IMG/VR virus record: IMGVR_UViG_3300008259_000011
Coordinates: 32,001-96,000 of that record
Reading direction: 5' to 3' (one strand)
DNA length: 64,000 bases
Source: a virus
This document shows positions 1 to 8,741 of this stretch, one piece after another. Under the pieces are notes generated by a model, which ran no database searches, had not been told where the DNA came from, and saw nothing but the letters and a program-made list of their open reading frames with translations. The translations under genes and the position numbers were made by a program. Every line of letters begins with the position of its first letter. The first letter of the stretch is position 1.

Positions 1-134
1 GCCTTCTCGACGCCATTTAGGCCTTCGAGCAAACCAGTTTGATCCCACTTTGATTGTAGTCCACGGGTCTTGGCCATAAGCTCTGCCTGTGGATTCATAT
101 TTGTTGTTAGAAGTGACTTTACATCAGCACTCAT
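1..134 (-). CDS. Major capsid protein (gp23-like), N-terminal part, truncated by window edge
   Basis: Manual translation MSADVKSLLTTNMNPQAELMAKTRGLQSKWDQTGLLEGLNGVEK; KW..TGLLEGL is typical of T4-like MCP N-termini; directly downstream of the scaffold gene. Confidence 0.85.
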   Translation of the reverse strand, partial: MSADVKSLLTTNMNPQAELMAKTRGLQSKWDQTGLLEGLNGVEK

Positions 135-176
135 AATATTATTCCTGTTTGTTTAATTTGTTGTTATCAGACTTTA

Positions 177-1244
177 TTACTTCTTAATGCCAGCGAGCGT
201 CTTGAATCTCTCTGCCATTTGGTTACCACCAGCAACAATTGGTTGTGATGGTTTTGTACTTGCAACTGCCTTACTTGCCAAACCTTCGGTGATAGTAGTT
301 GCAGTTGTATTTTTCTTCTTAACAACTGATCCACCCAAATTAAACGATTCGGCCATAATAGCATAGGTTAATTTAACCTCACGTACACTCGTAGTGAGAT
401 CAAAGTTTTCGACAACCTTCATCTTTTGTTCATTGTTCAAACTAAATTGCTTGAACAACTTGTTGGTATAAAGCAACTTGGCATTCAACAAGTTAACTTC
501 ATTGATTTGGCTGCGCAAAATTTCAACGGTCTTCATTGCTTCATCACGTTGTGCGGTGACTTCTGCAATTTGTTCCTCATAAACGGACTCATCCTTTTCA
601 GAGTCGTCGTCATTCTTTTCCTTTTCTTCTGCCTCACCATCTTCCTTCTTGGCTTCACTTAGACCCTCTTCGGATTCAAGTTCAGCGAGAAGTTCGTCAA
701 GAGAAATCTCTTCGATTTCTTCTGCGGCAGGAGCAGCTGCGGCATCAGGAGCAGGTGCTGGAGCAGGAGCAGCTGCGGCATTAGGATCCGCAGGAGCGGC
801 TGGTGCAGCGGCCATTGGGGTATCAGACACAGGAGCAGCTGGAGCAGGTGTGTCAGACACAGGAGCAGGAGCAGGTGCTGGAACAGCAGTTGGATCTGCT
901 GGTGCAGCAGGAGCAGCCATCATGTTTGGATCGGCTGGAGCTGGTTCACCTTCTTCTTCCATTGCATCCTTTTCGAGTTCGGCAATAATTTCTTCCAATT
1001 CAGCATCACTGATTTGGTCTTCTTGTGCCATACCATCTTCTGATGGTTGTGTCATAGTGTCGTTTGAAGAAATAGCATTACCAGATGACATACCTTCATC
1101 TGCGGCTTCTTCCTTTAGTCTTTCTGCGAACAATGCTTGCACACGTTCACCGAAGGCTTCTTCAAGTGCTACCTTTGCATTTGCAAGAGCGGTAGCACGA
1201 ACTGCCTTAGCGTCCGCAAGCGCTTCTTTTAATAGATCTGACAT
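177..1244 (-). CDS. Prohead core/scaffolding protein (gp22-like)
   Basis: Acidic coiled-coil protein with Ala/Pro linker, LLKEALADAKAVR start and ..LAGIK end; upstream of MCP. Confidence 0.8.
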   Translation of the reverse strand: MSDLLKEALADAKAVRATALANAKVALEEAFGERVQALFAERLKEEAADEGMSSGNAISSNDTMTQPSEDGMAQEDQISDAELEEIIAELEKDAMEEEGEPAPADPNMMAAPAAPADPTAVPAPAPAPVSDTPAPAAPVSDTPMAAAPAAPADPNAAAAPAPAPAPDAAAAPAAEEIEEISLDELLAELESEEGLSEAKKEDGEAEEKEKNDDDSEKDESVYEEQIAEVTAQRDEAMKTVEILRSQINEVNLLNAKLLYTNKLFKQFSLNNEQKMKVVENFDLTTSVREVKLTYAIMAESFNLGGSVVKKKNTTATTITEGLASKAVASTKPSQPIVAGGNQMAERFKTLAGIKK

Positions 1245-1336
1245 ATTATATTTTCCTTGTGGTTCTGAAGTTATTGAGGAGGAACTTCAATCGAATTTTT
1301 TATTATTGTGGCAGCAAAGACTTTGCCGCATTTGAA

Positions 1337-1344
1337 TATAAATA
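1337..1344 (-). promoter_or_regulatory. Putative late promoter TATTTATA for the scaffold/MCP operon
   Basis: Motif recurs upstream of many genes; a divergent copy lies at 1400-1407 (+). Confidence 0.65.
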
Positions 1345-1421
1345 TATACGTTTTTTTTAAAACATATAAAAATCTTCATGTTTGTATGGTATTAACGTCT
1401 ATTTATATAGCATCGTAATTT

Positions 1422-1937
1422 ATGTCTAAAGATTCAAAAACACAGCTTAAAACACTCATTAAGAAGTTGATATATGAGGTGTTAGATGAAGCTGAACGTG
1501 AAACTATCGTTGATAAAAAGGAGATTCAGTTGAATCCTCCTAATACATTTGAATCATATTTGAAACAAAACGTGGGTGTTTCATTTACAAATGAAGAAAG
1601 AGTAGCATCTACAGTTCCAAACATACGTACTCCCTTTTCACGTACCCAATTTGAAATTCGTTATAAAAGTACCGAAGATATTTTAAACGGTGGTAAAATG
1701 GAAAAGATTAACAAAACCACCGTAGTTAAAAAGATTCGTTCTGGAAACTTGTTGGCATATAAGAGTTTTACTTTGATTGAACCAACACAAAAACCTGAAT
1801 CCCCCGATCCAAAAAAGCCAGAACCAATCAAAGTGACAATTATTACATCTGACAGTTTCACTAATATCAAAGGTGATACACAACTGTTACCAGATTTCCT
1901 TCAGAAAATAAATGACGCTGGCAATATAGGACTATAA
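1422..1937 (+). CDS. Hypothetical protein, possible head-internal protein
   Basis: 171 aa ORF after TATTTATA; N-terminal LKTLIKKLIYEVLDE helix. Confidence 0.7.
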   Translation: MSKDSKTQLKTLIKKLIYEVLDEAERETIVDKKEIQLNPPNTFESYLKQNVGVSFTNEERVASTVPNIRTPFSRTQFEIRYKSTEDILNGGKMEKINKTTVVKKIRSGNLLAYKSFTLIEPTQKPESPDPKKPEPIKVTIITSDSFTNIKGDTQLLPDFLQKINDAGNIGL

Positions 1938-1938
1938 T

Positions 1939-2886
1939 ATGGACAAAATCAGTGGAATAGTACAAACACACAATCCAAATAAAGAAGGTAAACATCCGCA
2001 TTTGATCAATCGATCAAAAGCAAGTCACATGTTGAACCCACAGAAAGTGGAAGATACAGATACCAATTTGGTTCCTCTTAAAGATTGGAAACCCGGTGAT
2101 ATTGAAATGTTTGCAAGTATGGGGTTCTCAGGAGTAAACTCCGGAGACGAAGGATATCACATGGAAGAAGACAGTCTTCCTACAGAACTTGCAGATGAAA
2201 AGAAGTTTACACGACGTATATCCAGAACCAAAGATCATAAATGGGTACTCGAAAAGAAAAGTTTTTCAGAACCAAATGGTTCTTACAAATTAGAAAAAGT
2301 ATATGGTAAACTAATGGGTACCGATAAAAATCCCGGTCTATTAGATTATTTTGATACATTAACAAACGAATTGACAGAAAATCTATATTTATACAAAAGT
2401 ATGAAATTAAAATCTATCATAGAAAACCTTCCAGCATCAAAGATGTCACCACCTCAATCTGACATCACCGCAGTAAGTAAACACGCTGTTGCTGAAACTA
2501 CACACCCAGAACCAGTCGCACAAGCACCAGTGGTTCAACGTGGTCTATCCAAAGAACAAAAGAAGATGCTTCAAGAGTTGGTGTTTGAATATAACAAATA
2601 CAATGAAGTGTTGGAAGCACGTAAAACTTTGATGGAAGTCGCCAATAAGATGGGAAACATCGGTGAACTATCAGAAGCATACTTGGTAGAAAAACTTCAT
2701 GAAGGTAACAAAGAAGAAAACGCATGGTTCGAAGAAAAGACCATTCGTAAACATACTAACGAAATCAAAAAGATGACCACCGAATTCAAGAAGATGGCAG
2801 CTGACTGTGAATCAAAAATGAGAGAAATGCAAGGTCTATATCAAGAATGTGGCATGATGTTGGAACGTTATTTCCACATGGAATAA
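1939..2886 (+). CDS. Hypothetical protein with probable in-frame internal start at 2401 (MKLKSIIE...)
   Basis: 315 aa ORF; TATTTATA at 2386-2393 followed by in-frame ATG; coiled-coil C-terminus. Confidence 0.7.
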   Translation: MDKISGIVQTHNPNKEGKHPHLINRSKASHMLNPQKVEDTDTNLVPLKDWKPGDIEMFASMGFSGVNSGDEGYHMEEDSLPTELADEKKFTRRISRTKDHKWVLEKKSFSEPNGSYKLEKVYGKLMGTDKNPGLLDYFDTLTNELTENLYLYKSMKLKSIIENLPASKMSPPQSDITAVSKHAVAETTHPEPVAQAPVVQRGLSKEQKKMLQELVFEYNKYNEVLEARKTLMEVANKMGNIGELSEAYLVEKLHEGNKEENAWFEEKTIRKHTNEIKKMTTEFKKMAADCESKMREMQGLYQECGMMLERYFHME

Positions 2887-2899
2887 TTAATGTATAAAT

Positions 2900-2934
2900 A
2901 AAAAAAGAAACCCACTCGAAAGAGTGGGTTTTTT
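2900..2934. terminator. Bidirectional intrinsic terminator
   Basis: AAACCCACTC-GAAA-GAGTGGGTTT hairpin flanked by A and T runs, between convergent genes. Confidence 0.85.
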
Positions 2935-2951
2935 GTTGTTCAGGTTAAGTA

Positions 2952-5924
2952 TCAGAAGTAATTCTTGTAATCAGATTTGAAGTTTTCTTCGAACTTAGAT
3001 TTGTCGAATGACAACGGCTCGCCAGGTTTGACAATATCAGAACCGGTCTTTGGTGTTGCCTTAGCTCTTGTACCAGCTGCGGCCGACTTTGTTCTTTCAA
3101 TTCCAGCCTTCCTATCCTTTTCAGCAGCGGCCTTGTCATCATCCGCTTTCTTGAGCTTAGCTTGTTCCTCGTCACTGTCTTTTTTGGCCTTATCTACCTT
3201 TGCCTTTTCTTCATCATCCTTTTGAATCTGAGCCGTGTCGTCTTGACCATTCTTTGCGAGAGCAGTTAATTGATCAAAGATTTCTTTACCTCTTTTCTCA
3301 TTTGGATTGACTGTAACAAATGTTCCGTCTTTTTGTCTATGACTCCACGCACCTTTTTCAAACTTGAAAATATTTGGAACGTTTCCAAGTTTTACTTTTA
3401 ACATCAAACCATCCTTGATATTAACAGTTGGGGTCAAATCAATGTCTTTAAACAAGGCTTCCACTTGTGCATCAACCTTCATACCAGAAACAAGTTTTCC
3501 ATTAATAATATCAAAGATATCAAGAATATCCTTGATCACAGGCTTAACTTGTTCTTTTGTTGGACTTGCCACATTCAATGCTTTTAATGAAACTGATAAT
3601 TGATTAAGTTTAGTCAAAAACGCTTTAATCAACTTCAAATCCTTTTCATTAACATTTGGATCCGCAGCAACATTTTTCTCACCACGACCTTCAATGCCAG
3701 GTTGTGCATAAGTTGCATCCTCAGTAACAGGTGTTGCTGGAGTTTTTGGTAAACGAGGATTCATCACCTGACGTAATCCATAAGTAATGTTTACCAACAA
3801 TGGTATTAACGCCCCCAACTCCTTAGCAAATGTATTAATATCTGCCGAAGTCATTGCTTCTTTAACCAATTCTTTTCTCAACTGTTCAACATTACCACCC
3901 AATTGTTTTTGAATAGATGCTTTGTTAAGATTACTCAATGCAACTGATTTAATTTTTTGAAGTAATGCTTTTGCATACTTAGCATCAGCAGGATTTGACA
4001 TCTTCAACGTTGACATCGTTTTAATACGATTAGCCAAACCGCCTGCAACCAATGGATTTTGTTTTACAGAAGTTAATTGTTTAGTCAAAACCGGAGTCAA
4101 ATTAATTGGAGTACCACCGGCAAGTTTTGGCTCAGGTGTACCGGGCTTCGCTGGTTCTGGTTCTCCTGGCTTTGTTGGCTCAGGTTCACCGGGCTTCGCT
4201 GGTTCAGGTGTGCCTGGCTTCGTTGGCTCGGGTGTACTTGGAGTTGTTGGATCAGGTGTGCCTGGCTTTGGTTTTGGTGTTTTGCCACCGCCTCCACCGC
4301 CACCGCCTGGTGCGGTTCCACCGCCACCGCCTCCACCGCCTGGTGCGGTTCCACCGCCACCGCCTCCACCGCCTGGTGCGGTTCCACCGCCACCACCTCC
4401 ACCGCCACCACCTCCACCGCCTGGTGCGGTTCCACCGCCACCACCACCGCCTGGTGTAGCTGGGGTTGGAGGTGTTGAAGCTTCTTTATCATCTACAACA
4501 ACATCTTTAGGAAATTCCAATTTATATTTTGGAAACTCTGCCATCAAACTTTCAATGATATCAACAGCAGTTTTTGCTTGTGGAATTTTCTTTAAATTGT
4601 CCACCAACTCTGAGGTTGATGCACCTTTTACTTTAAATGTCTTTGCAACATCTTTTAGATATGTTGAAATTTCTTTTCCAATGTTAAACTTAAGATTCTC
4701 AACTGCTTTAAGTTGATTTGGATTCAATGTAGGTGCAGATGGAGTAACAGGAGTCGTTGGTGCTGTTGCAGGAGCAGATGTTGCCGGATCCGCTTCAGAT
4801 AAAATATCTTGTACGATATTAGACAACATCAAAGATTCATTTTTAATTGAAGGAATTGCTCCTACAGTGGCTCCCACCGGAGCACCACCAGCTAAAGTTG
4901 CAACACCGGTTTTAACGCCAGCTCCAACGGATGCTGATGCGCTTTCACCCTTTAACAAACCTAGACCTGTACGTAAAACAAAACTGACAGCCGTGGCAAG
5001 AATAAACACTTGTGAAGAAGCTAATACACCAAGACCCAATGTTCCTGCACTGATAGCTGCTGCAAAAGTTAACAAACCAATAATGATACCAGATTTAATT
5101 GGATTTTCACGTCCATATTTTCCTAATGCATCGATGGTACTAAGAATGGTAGAAGTTTCTTTACCAGATGAATCTATCTTTGATAGTTTATCACGAAGCA
5201 ACTTTTTCTTTACTTCAAACAAACGATCAAAATCTTGTACTGGTTGAAGGTTTTGAAGTTTTGCCCATTGTGCATCAAATACTTCATTTAATTTACGTGC
5301 CAACTTTTCAACACCACCGACACCAGCAAAAGCAGTTCCGGTCAACATTGCTGGAGTTAAAAGTGTACCAGCAAATGCTAAATCACCTGCACCACTTGCA
5401 ATTTGTTTACCCTTCTGCCAAATTCCACCGGCCCATCCACTCATCTTGACTGGAACAGAACCAACTTTATCAGGTATAGATTTATCAAATGTCTTGAGTT
5501 GACCTAAATAATCCCCCAAACTTCTTGTGAAGTTTTGGTTTCTGGCTTTAAGATATGCTTCGTTTCCTGCATCAGTTGTGGAACCTTTAACACCAAATTT
5601 ATTTTGTACCCAATTGCCAAGTGTACCACCCAACTTACCACCGGTGGCTAACTTGTTGATACCAGCTCTAGCTTTTGCTCCCAAACCGGCAGCTTTTGCT
5701 GCAAATTGATCACCAAACTTTTCTTGAATAAGTTGTTCGGTAATCTCAAGATTTTCCAACTGAAGAATCAATTCTTTTTGAGCAGACAGTCCGTCAATAT
5801 AGTGTTGAAAAAACTCTTTGGTTCTATCGCCAAAAAGTGATTCGTATTGATCAAAAAAAGCAACTTCCTCGGAAAGAAGTTGCTTGAAATATAAATTTTC
5901 AATTATCAGTTGAGTGTTGTTCAT
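2952..5924 (-). CDS. Large head-associated protein with hydrophobic segments and Gly/Pro repeats (putative ejection/internal protein)
   Basis: 990 aa, adjacent to prohead protease; hydrophobic stretch IIIGLLTFAAAISAGTLGLGVLASSQVFILATAVSFVL; poly-Gly and PEP-x-KPG repeats. Confidence 0.6.
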   Translation of the reverse strand: MNNTQLIIENLYFKQLLSEEVAFFDQYESLFGDRTKEFFQHYIDGLSAQKELILQLENLEITEQLIQEKFGDQFAAKAAGLGAKARAGINKLATGGKLGGTLGNWVQNKFGVKGSTTDAGNEAYLKARNQNFTRSLGDYLGQLKTFDKSIPDKVGSVPVKMSGWAGGIWQKGKQIASGAGDLAFAGTLLTPAMLTGTAFAGVGGVEKLARKLNEVFDAQWAKLQNLQPVQDFDRLFEVKKKLLRDKLSKIDSSGKETSTILSTIDALGKYGRENPIKSGIIIGLLTFAAAISAGTLGLGVLASSQVFILATAVSFVLRTGLGLLKGESASASVGAGVKTGVATLAGGAPVGATVGAIPSIKNESLMLSNIVQDILSEADPATSAPATAPTTPVTPSAPTLNPNQLKAVENLKFNIGKEISTYLKDVAKTFKVKGASTSELVDNLKKIPQAKTAVDIIESLMAEFPKYKLEFPKDVVVDDKEASTPPTPATPGGGGGGGTAPGGGGGGGGGGGGGTAPGGGGGGGGTAPGGGGGGGGTAPGGGGGGGGKTPKPKPGTPDPTTPSTPEPTKPGTPEPAKPGEPEPTKPGEPEPAKPGTPEPKLAGGTPINLTPVLTKQLTSVKQNPLVAGGLANRIKTMSTLKMSNPADAKYAKALLQKIKSVALSNLNKASIQKQLGGNVEQLRKELVKEAMTSADINTFAKELGALIPLLVNITYGLRQVMNPRLPKTPATPVTEDATYAQPGIEGRGEKNVAADPNVNEKDLKLIKAFLTKLNQLSVSLKALNVASPTKEQVKPVIKDILDIFDIINGKLVSGMKVDAQVEALFKDIDLTPTVNIKDGLMLKVKLGNVPNIFKFEKGAWSHRQKDGTFVTVNPNEKRGKEIFDQLTALAKNGQDDTAQIQKDDEEKAKVDKAKKDSDEEQAKLKKADDDKAAAEKDRKAGIERTKSAAAGTRAKATPKTGSDIVKPGEPLSFDKSKFEENFKSDYKNYF
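4120..4455 (-). repeat. Coding tandem repeats: (G)n-TAP-(G)n units of about 33 nt and PEP[AT]KPG[TE] units
   Basis: Repeated ccaccgccaccgcctccaccgcctggtgcggtt on + strand; GC-rich island. Confidence 0.9.
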
Positions 5925-5927
5925 ATT

Positions 5928-6539
5928 TTATTTAACTTCAGAGATTATATCGTGAATCAACGATTCAATTTTTGCGTATTTGTTTACAGTAGTATTTTGT
6001 ACAGACTCATTCAATGCACCAGTTGGAAATAAAAATGCTCCTCTGGTCGATGGATTACTTACAAAATCAAATGCAATAAGTTCAAAATCGTCTTGAACTT
6101 CATCTGCATTTTCTCTTACATTTTTACGTACACTTCCTAAACCACGACTACTAATACCCAACTTAATACCGGCCTTAAAAAGTGCTTTTAAAATATTACC
6201 ACTTGGTGTAGGAAGTATTTCTACTTTACCAACCAAATCATCACCATTCCACATCATTTCAACAACGTTATGACTGACGTTTTGAAGATTGACAACGCTA
6301 CTGTCCGGATGGTCAAGTTCACCCAATGCACGGCGTTCTTTTACGAAGTTGTCTTCATACTTCTTGACTTCACGTTCCAAAATATCTTTTGGATATACAC
6401 GACCGTTTTGATTCTTTGCGTTTGCACGTTGAAGAACACCTTGCACGATCATAGATTTTGATGGATCGTCAGTTGCTTCATTCAACTGTCCACCAATTGG
6501 TTCAAAGAAAATCCAACCTGTTTGTACTGTTTTATCCAT
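5928..6539 (-). CDS. Prohead core protein protease (gp21-like)
   Basis: NQNGRVYP, ALGELDHP, GISSRGLGS, FDFVSNPST motifs. Confidence 0.95.
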   Translation of the reverse strand: MDKTVQTGWIFFEPIGGQLNEATDDPSKSMIVQGVLQRANAKNQNGRVYPKDILEREVKKYEDNFVKERRALGELDHPDSSVVNLQNVSHNVVEMMWNGDDLVGKVEILPTPSGNILKALFKAGIKLGISSRGLGSVRKNVRENADEVQDDFELIAFDFVSNPSTRGAFLFPTGALNESVQNTTVNKYAKIESLIHDIISEVK

Positions 6540-6541
6540 AA

Positions 6542-7081
6542 TTAAGCTTGTTTTTTCTGTTGTGGTTGTGCAACGTATTGTGTTTGTGGCATTGGCTTAG
6601 CGGTTTGAATTGCAACTTGTCCACCTTTTGTTGTTGCTTTTGTTCCCGGTTCAGCAGTTTTTGGTTCTTTAGGCTTTTCTATCTTTAATGGTTCACCTTG
6701 ACCCAAAATTGTAATCTTGAATCCGGGCTTCAAAAAGTATTCCTTATCATCCTCGTCACGTAGAATTACTACATAACGATCATAAAAATAGTCAAGACTG
6801 GTACTTGTTACTGAGATTTCATAATCACGAACAGGTTGACCGTATCCTTTGGATGCTTGTATTGATACCTTCTTACCCAAAACTCTATTGTTCAAATTTT
6901 GTAAGAATGCTGCTTTTGATTCAGCCGTTGTTCTTGCAATCTTTGCTTCAAAATCACTAAAATCTGAACTAACATTATAGTCTACAGAAGTAGCAGGCAA
7001 TGGTTGACCGCCCGCAGTCGATGTACCAAAATGTTGAGGATCGTTTTCGTCCTCGGTAAGTAATTTGACAAGTGAAATCAT
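6542..7081 (-). CDS. Hypothetical head-module protein
   Basis: 179 aa, operon-coupled; starts MISLVKLLTE. Confidence 0.75.
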   Translation of the reverse strand: MISLVKLLTEDENDPQHFGTSTAGGQPLPATSVDYNVSSDFSDFEAKIARTTAESKAAFLQNLNNRVLGKKVSIQASKGYGQPVRDYEISVTSTSLDYFYDRYVVILRDEDDKEYFLKPGFKITILGQGEPLKIEKPKEPKTAEPGTKATTKGGQVAIQTAKPMPQTQYVAQPQQKKQA

Positions 7082-7082
7082 A

Positions 7083-7820
7083 TTATTGTATTTTTCTTAG
7101 TTTTTCACCAATAGACTTGAGTCTAGCTTTGATTTCAGCCATTCTATCAGATGTACGTTTCCACAAAGTTTCATTTGGAACTTCCATCTCAGTCTTAAGT
7201 TTATGGTTAACACTCATTAAAAAGTCTACTTCTCTAAGCATCTTTGTGATTTCTTGAGTAATCAAAGAAACCTTATAAGAATTCTTCTTAGGATTTTCTT
7301 TCAAACGAATATAACGAGATACCGCCTCGTTTAACTTACTTTCCTTTTCAGTAAGATCTTTAATGCCCTTGGTTATTGTTCTAATAAACTTGGTCTTTTG
7401 ATCTGGTGTTGCTTTTGAAATTTTCTTTTCAAAGTCAGCGTCATCTTTACCGGGATGTTTATCAGCCCAATCAGGAACACCGTCACCATCTGCATCTGGC
7501 TTTTTCTTCTTAACTTCCTTCTTTTTCTTTGGTGCCTTCTTTTCGTCAAGTTCTTCTTCTTTTTCTGCAAGCTTTGAACCGGGATTTTGTTTCAATGTAG
7601 CCTTAGTTGCACTATTACTACCACGTTGTCCAGGCGCTGCAAAAGCACGTGGAGTTTTAATGCCATCAATTCCACCAGTTCCACCAGTTCCACTAGTTGT
7701 TGATGTTTCATCAAGATCTTGTAGTTCTTGTTTAATCAATTTCTTGATAAGTTCTTTCAACTTGGCTTCATCTTCTCCGGTAATCAAATTTGGAGTCTCT
7801 GGTTTCTTTTCTTTACTCAT
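7083..7820 (-). CDS. Hypothetical head-module protein with TSP3-like Ca-binding motif
   Basis: 245 aa; DADGDGVPDWAD; TPRAF motif; coiled-coil C-terminus. Confidence 0.7.
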   Translation of the reverse strand: MSKEKKPETPNLITGEDEAKLKELIKKLIKQELQDLDETSTTSGTGGTGGIDGIKTPRAFAAPGQRGSNSATKATLKQNPGSKLAEKEEELDEKKAPKKKKEVKKKKPDADGDGVPDWADKHPGKDDADFEKKISKATPDQKTKFIRTITKGIKDLTEKESKLNEAVSRYIRLKENPKKNSYKVSLITQEITKMLREVDFLMSVNHKLKTEMEVPNETLWKRTSDRMAEIKARLKSIGEKLRKIQ

Positions 7821-7821
7821 A

Positions 7822-8685
7822 TTATTTCAAGTTATTAAGTTCTTTGACCAATTCATATGACAATAATAATGCCATAATATGATTGTCTTTGACAACAGTA
7901 GAAGGTTTTACTTTATCCAAAACATTAGTGATTTCTGTAAGTTTAATATAAACAACTTGATTATCTTTAATCTTGGATGTAGAATCTGATATAATTTTCT
8001 TAATCTTTTCAATTTCTTCACAAACGTATTTGGAAAGAGAATTGGTATTTGATACGTTAAGAATGTATTCACGAATAAGGTTCTTTTGATTGTCATCAAA
8101 ATCCTTATACTTGGTATTCATACCTTCCAACAACAATTTGTATGCGAGAAGACGAATATCCTCGCTTTGTTGTTTATAGTATTCCAACAATCCTTCATCA
8201 TTATCAGACTTTTTAGTTACTGTTTTGCACAAAGACTCAATGATGGATTCTCTGGATTGAACTACTTCTTTAACGTCAAACTTGGATGATGTCTTATTTT
8301 CGAAGACTTTATAAATGGATGCAAAAATACGATAATTCTTGATATTGGCTTTTAAGAAACTATCAATTGGATAGATTTCTTTTATCTCACGGATCAAATC
8401 GTACTTTTGTTGTGCTAGTCGTTTGTCATCTAATTGTGCCCGTGATTCCAATACCACACTGATTATTCTTTCAGCGTGAGAGGCATCTCTAGCTTTTTCG
8501 TTTAGTAGGAAATTGTATAGTTGATACTCTTTACCTAATTCGGTATTCTCAGAAAAATACTTAAAAAGAATTTGTTTGGCAGCTGATTCATCCTTACCCC
8601 CAATAATATCTGCTGTTATTTGACGGGTAAGCAGCTCAAACAAAATTCCCGTATTTTTGAACTTTGAATGCTTCGCTTTGTGCAT
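7822..8685 (-). CDS. Conserved hypothetical head-module protein
   Basis: 287 aa, starts KHSKFKNTGILFELL; sits between portal and protease; TATTTATA at 8702-8709. Confidence 0.75.
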   Translation of the reverse strand: MHKAKHSKFKNTGILFELLTRQITADIIGGKDESAAKQILFKYFSENTELGKEYQLYNFLLNEKARDASHAERIISVVLESRAQLDDKRLAQQKYDLIREIKEIYPIDSFLKANIKNYRIFASIYKVFENKTSSKFDVKEVVQSRESIIESLCKTVTKKSDNDEGLLEYYKQQSEDIRLLAYKLLLEGMNTKYKDFDDNQKNLIREYILNVSNTNSLSKYVCEEIEKIKKIISDSTSKIKDNQVVYIKLTEITNVLDKVKPSTVVKDNHIMALLLSYELVKELNNLK

Positions 8686-8741
8686 ATTAGTAGTTATAAT
8701 TTATAAATATATCAATTTTTGATGAAACTCCCATAATTGTA

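Noticed and set aside
649-1335. 228-aa plus-strand ORF and other long antisense ORFs (e.g. 4210-4716, 24754-25536, 57291-57758)
   Set aside because: Shadow ORFs opposite well-supported minus-strand genes, caused by low-complexity or biased codon usage
4120-4455. Regular repeats resembling a CRISPR array
   Set aside because: No unique spacers; in-frame Gly/Pro coding repeats
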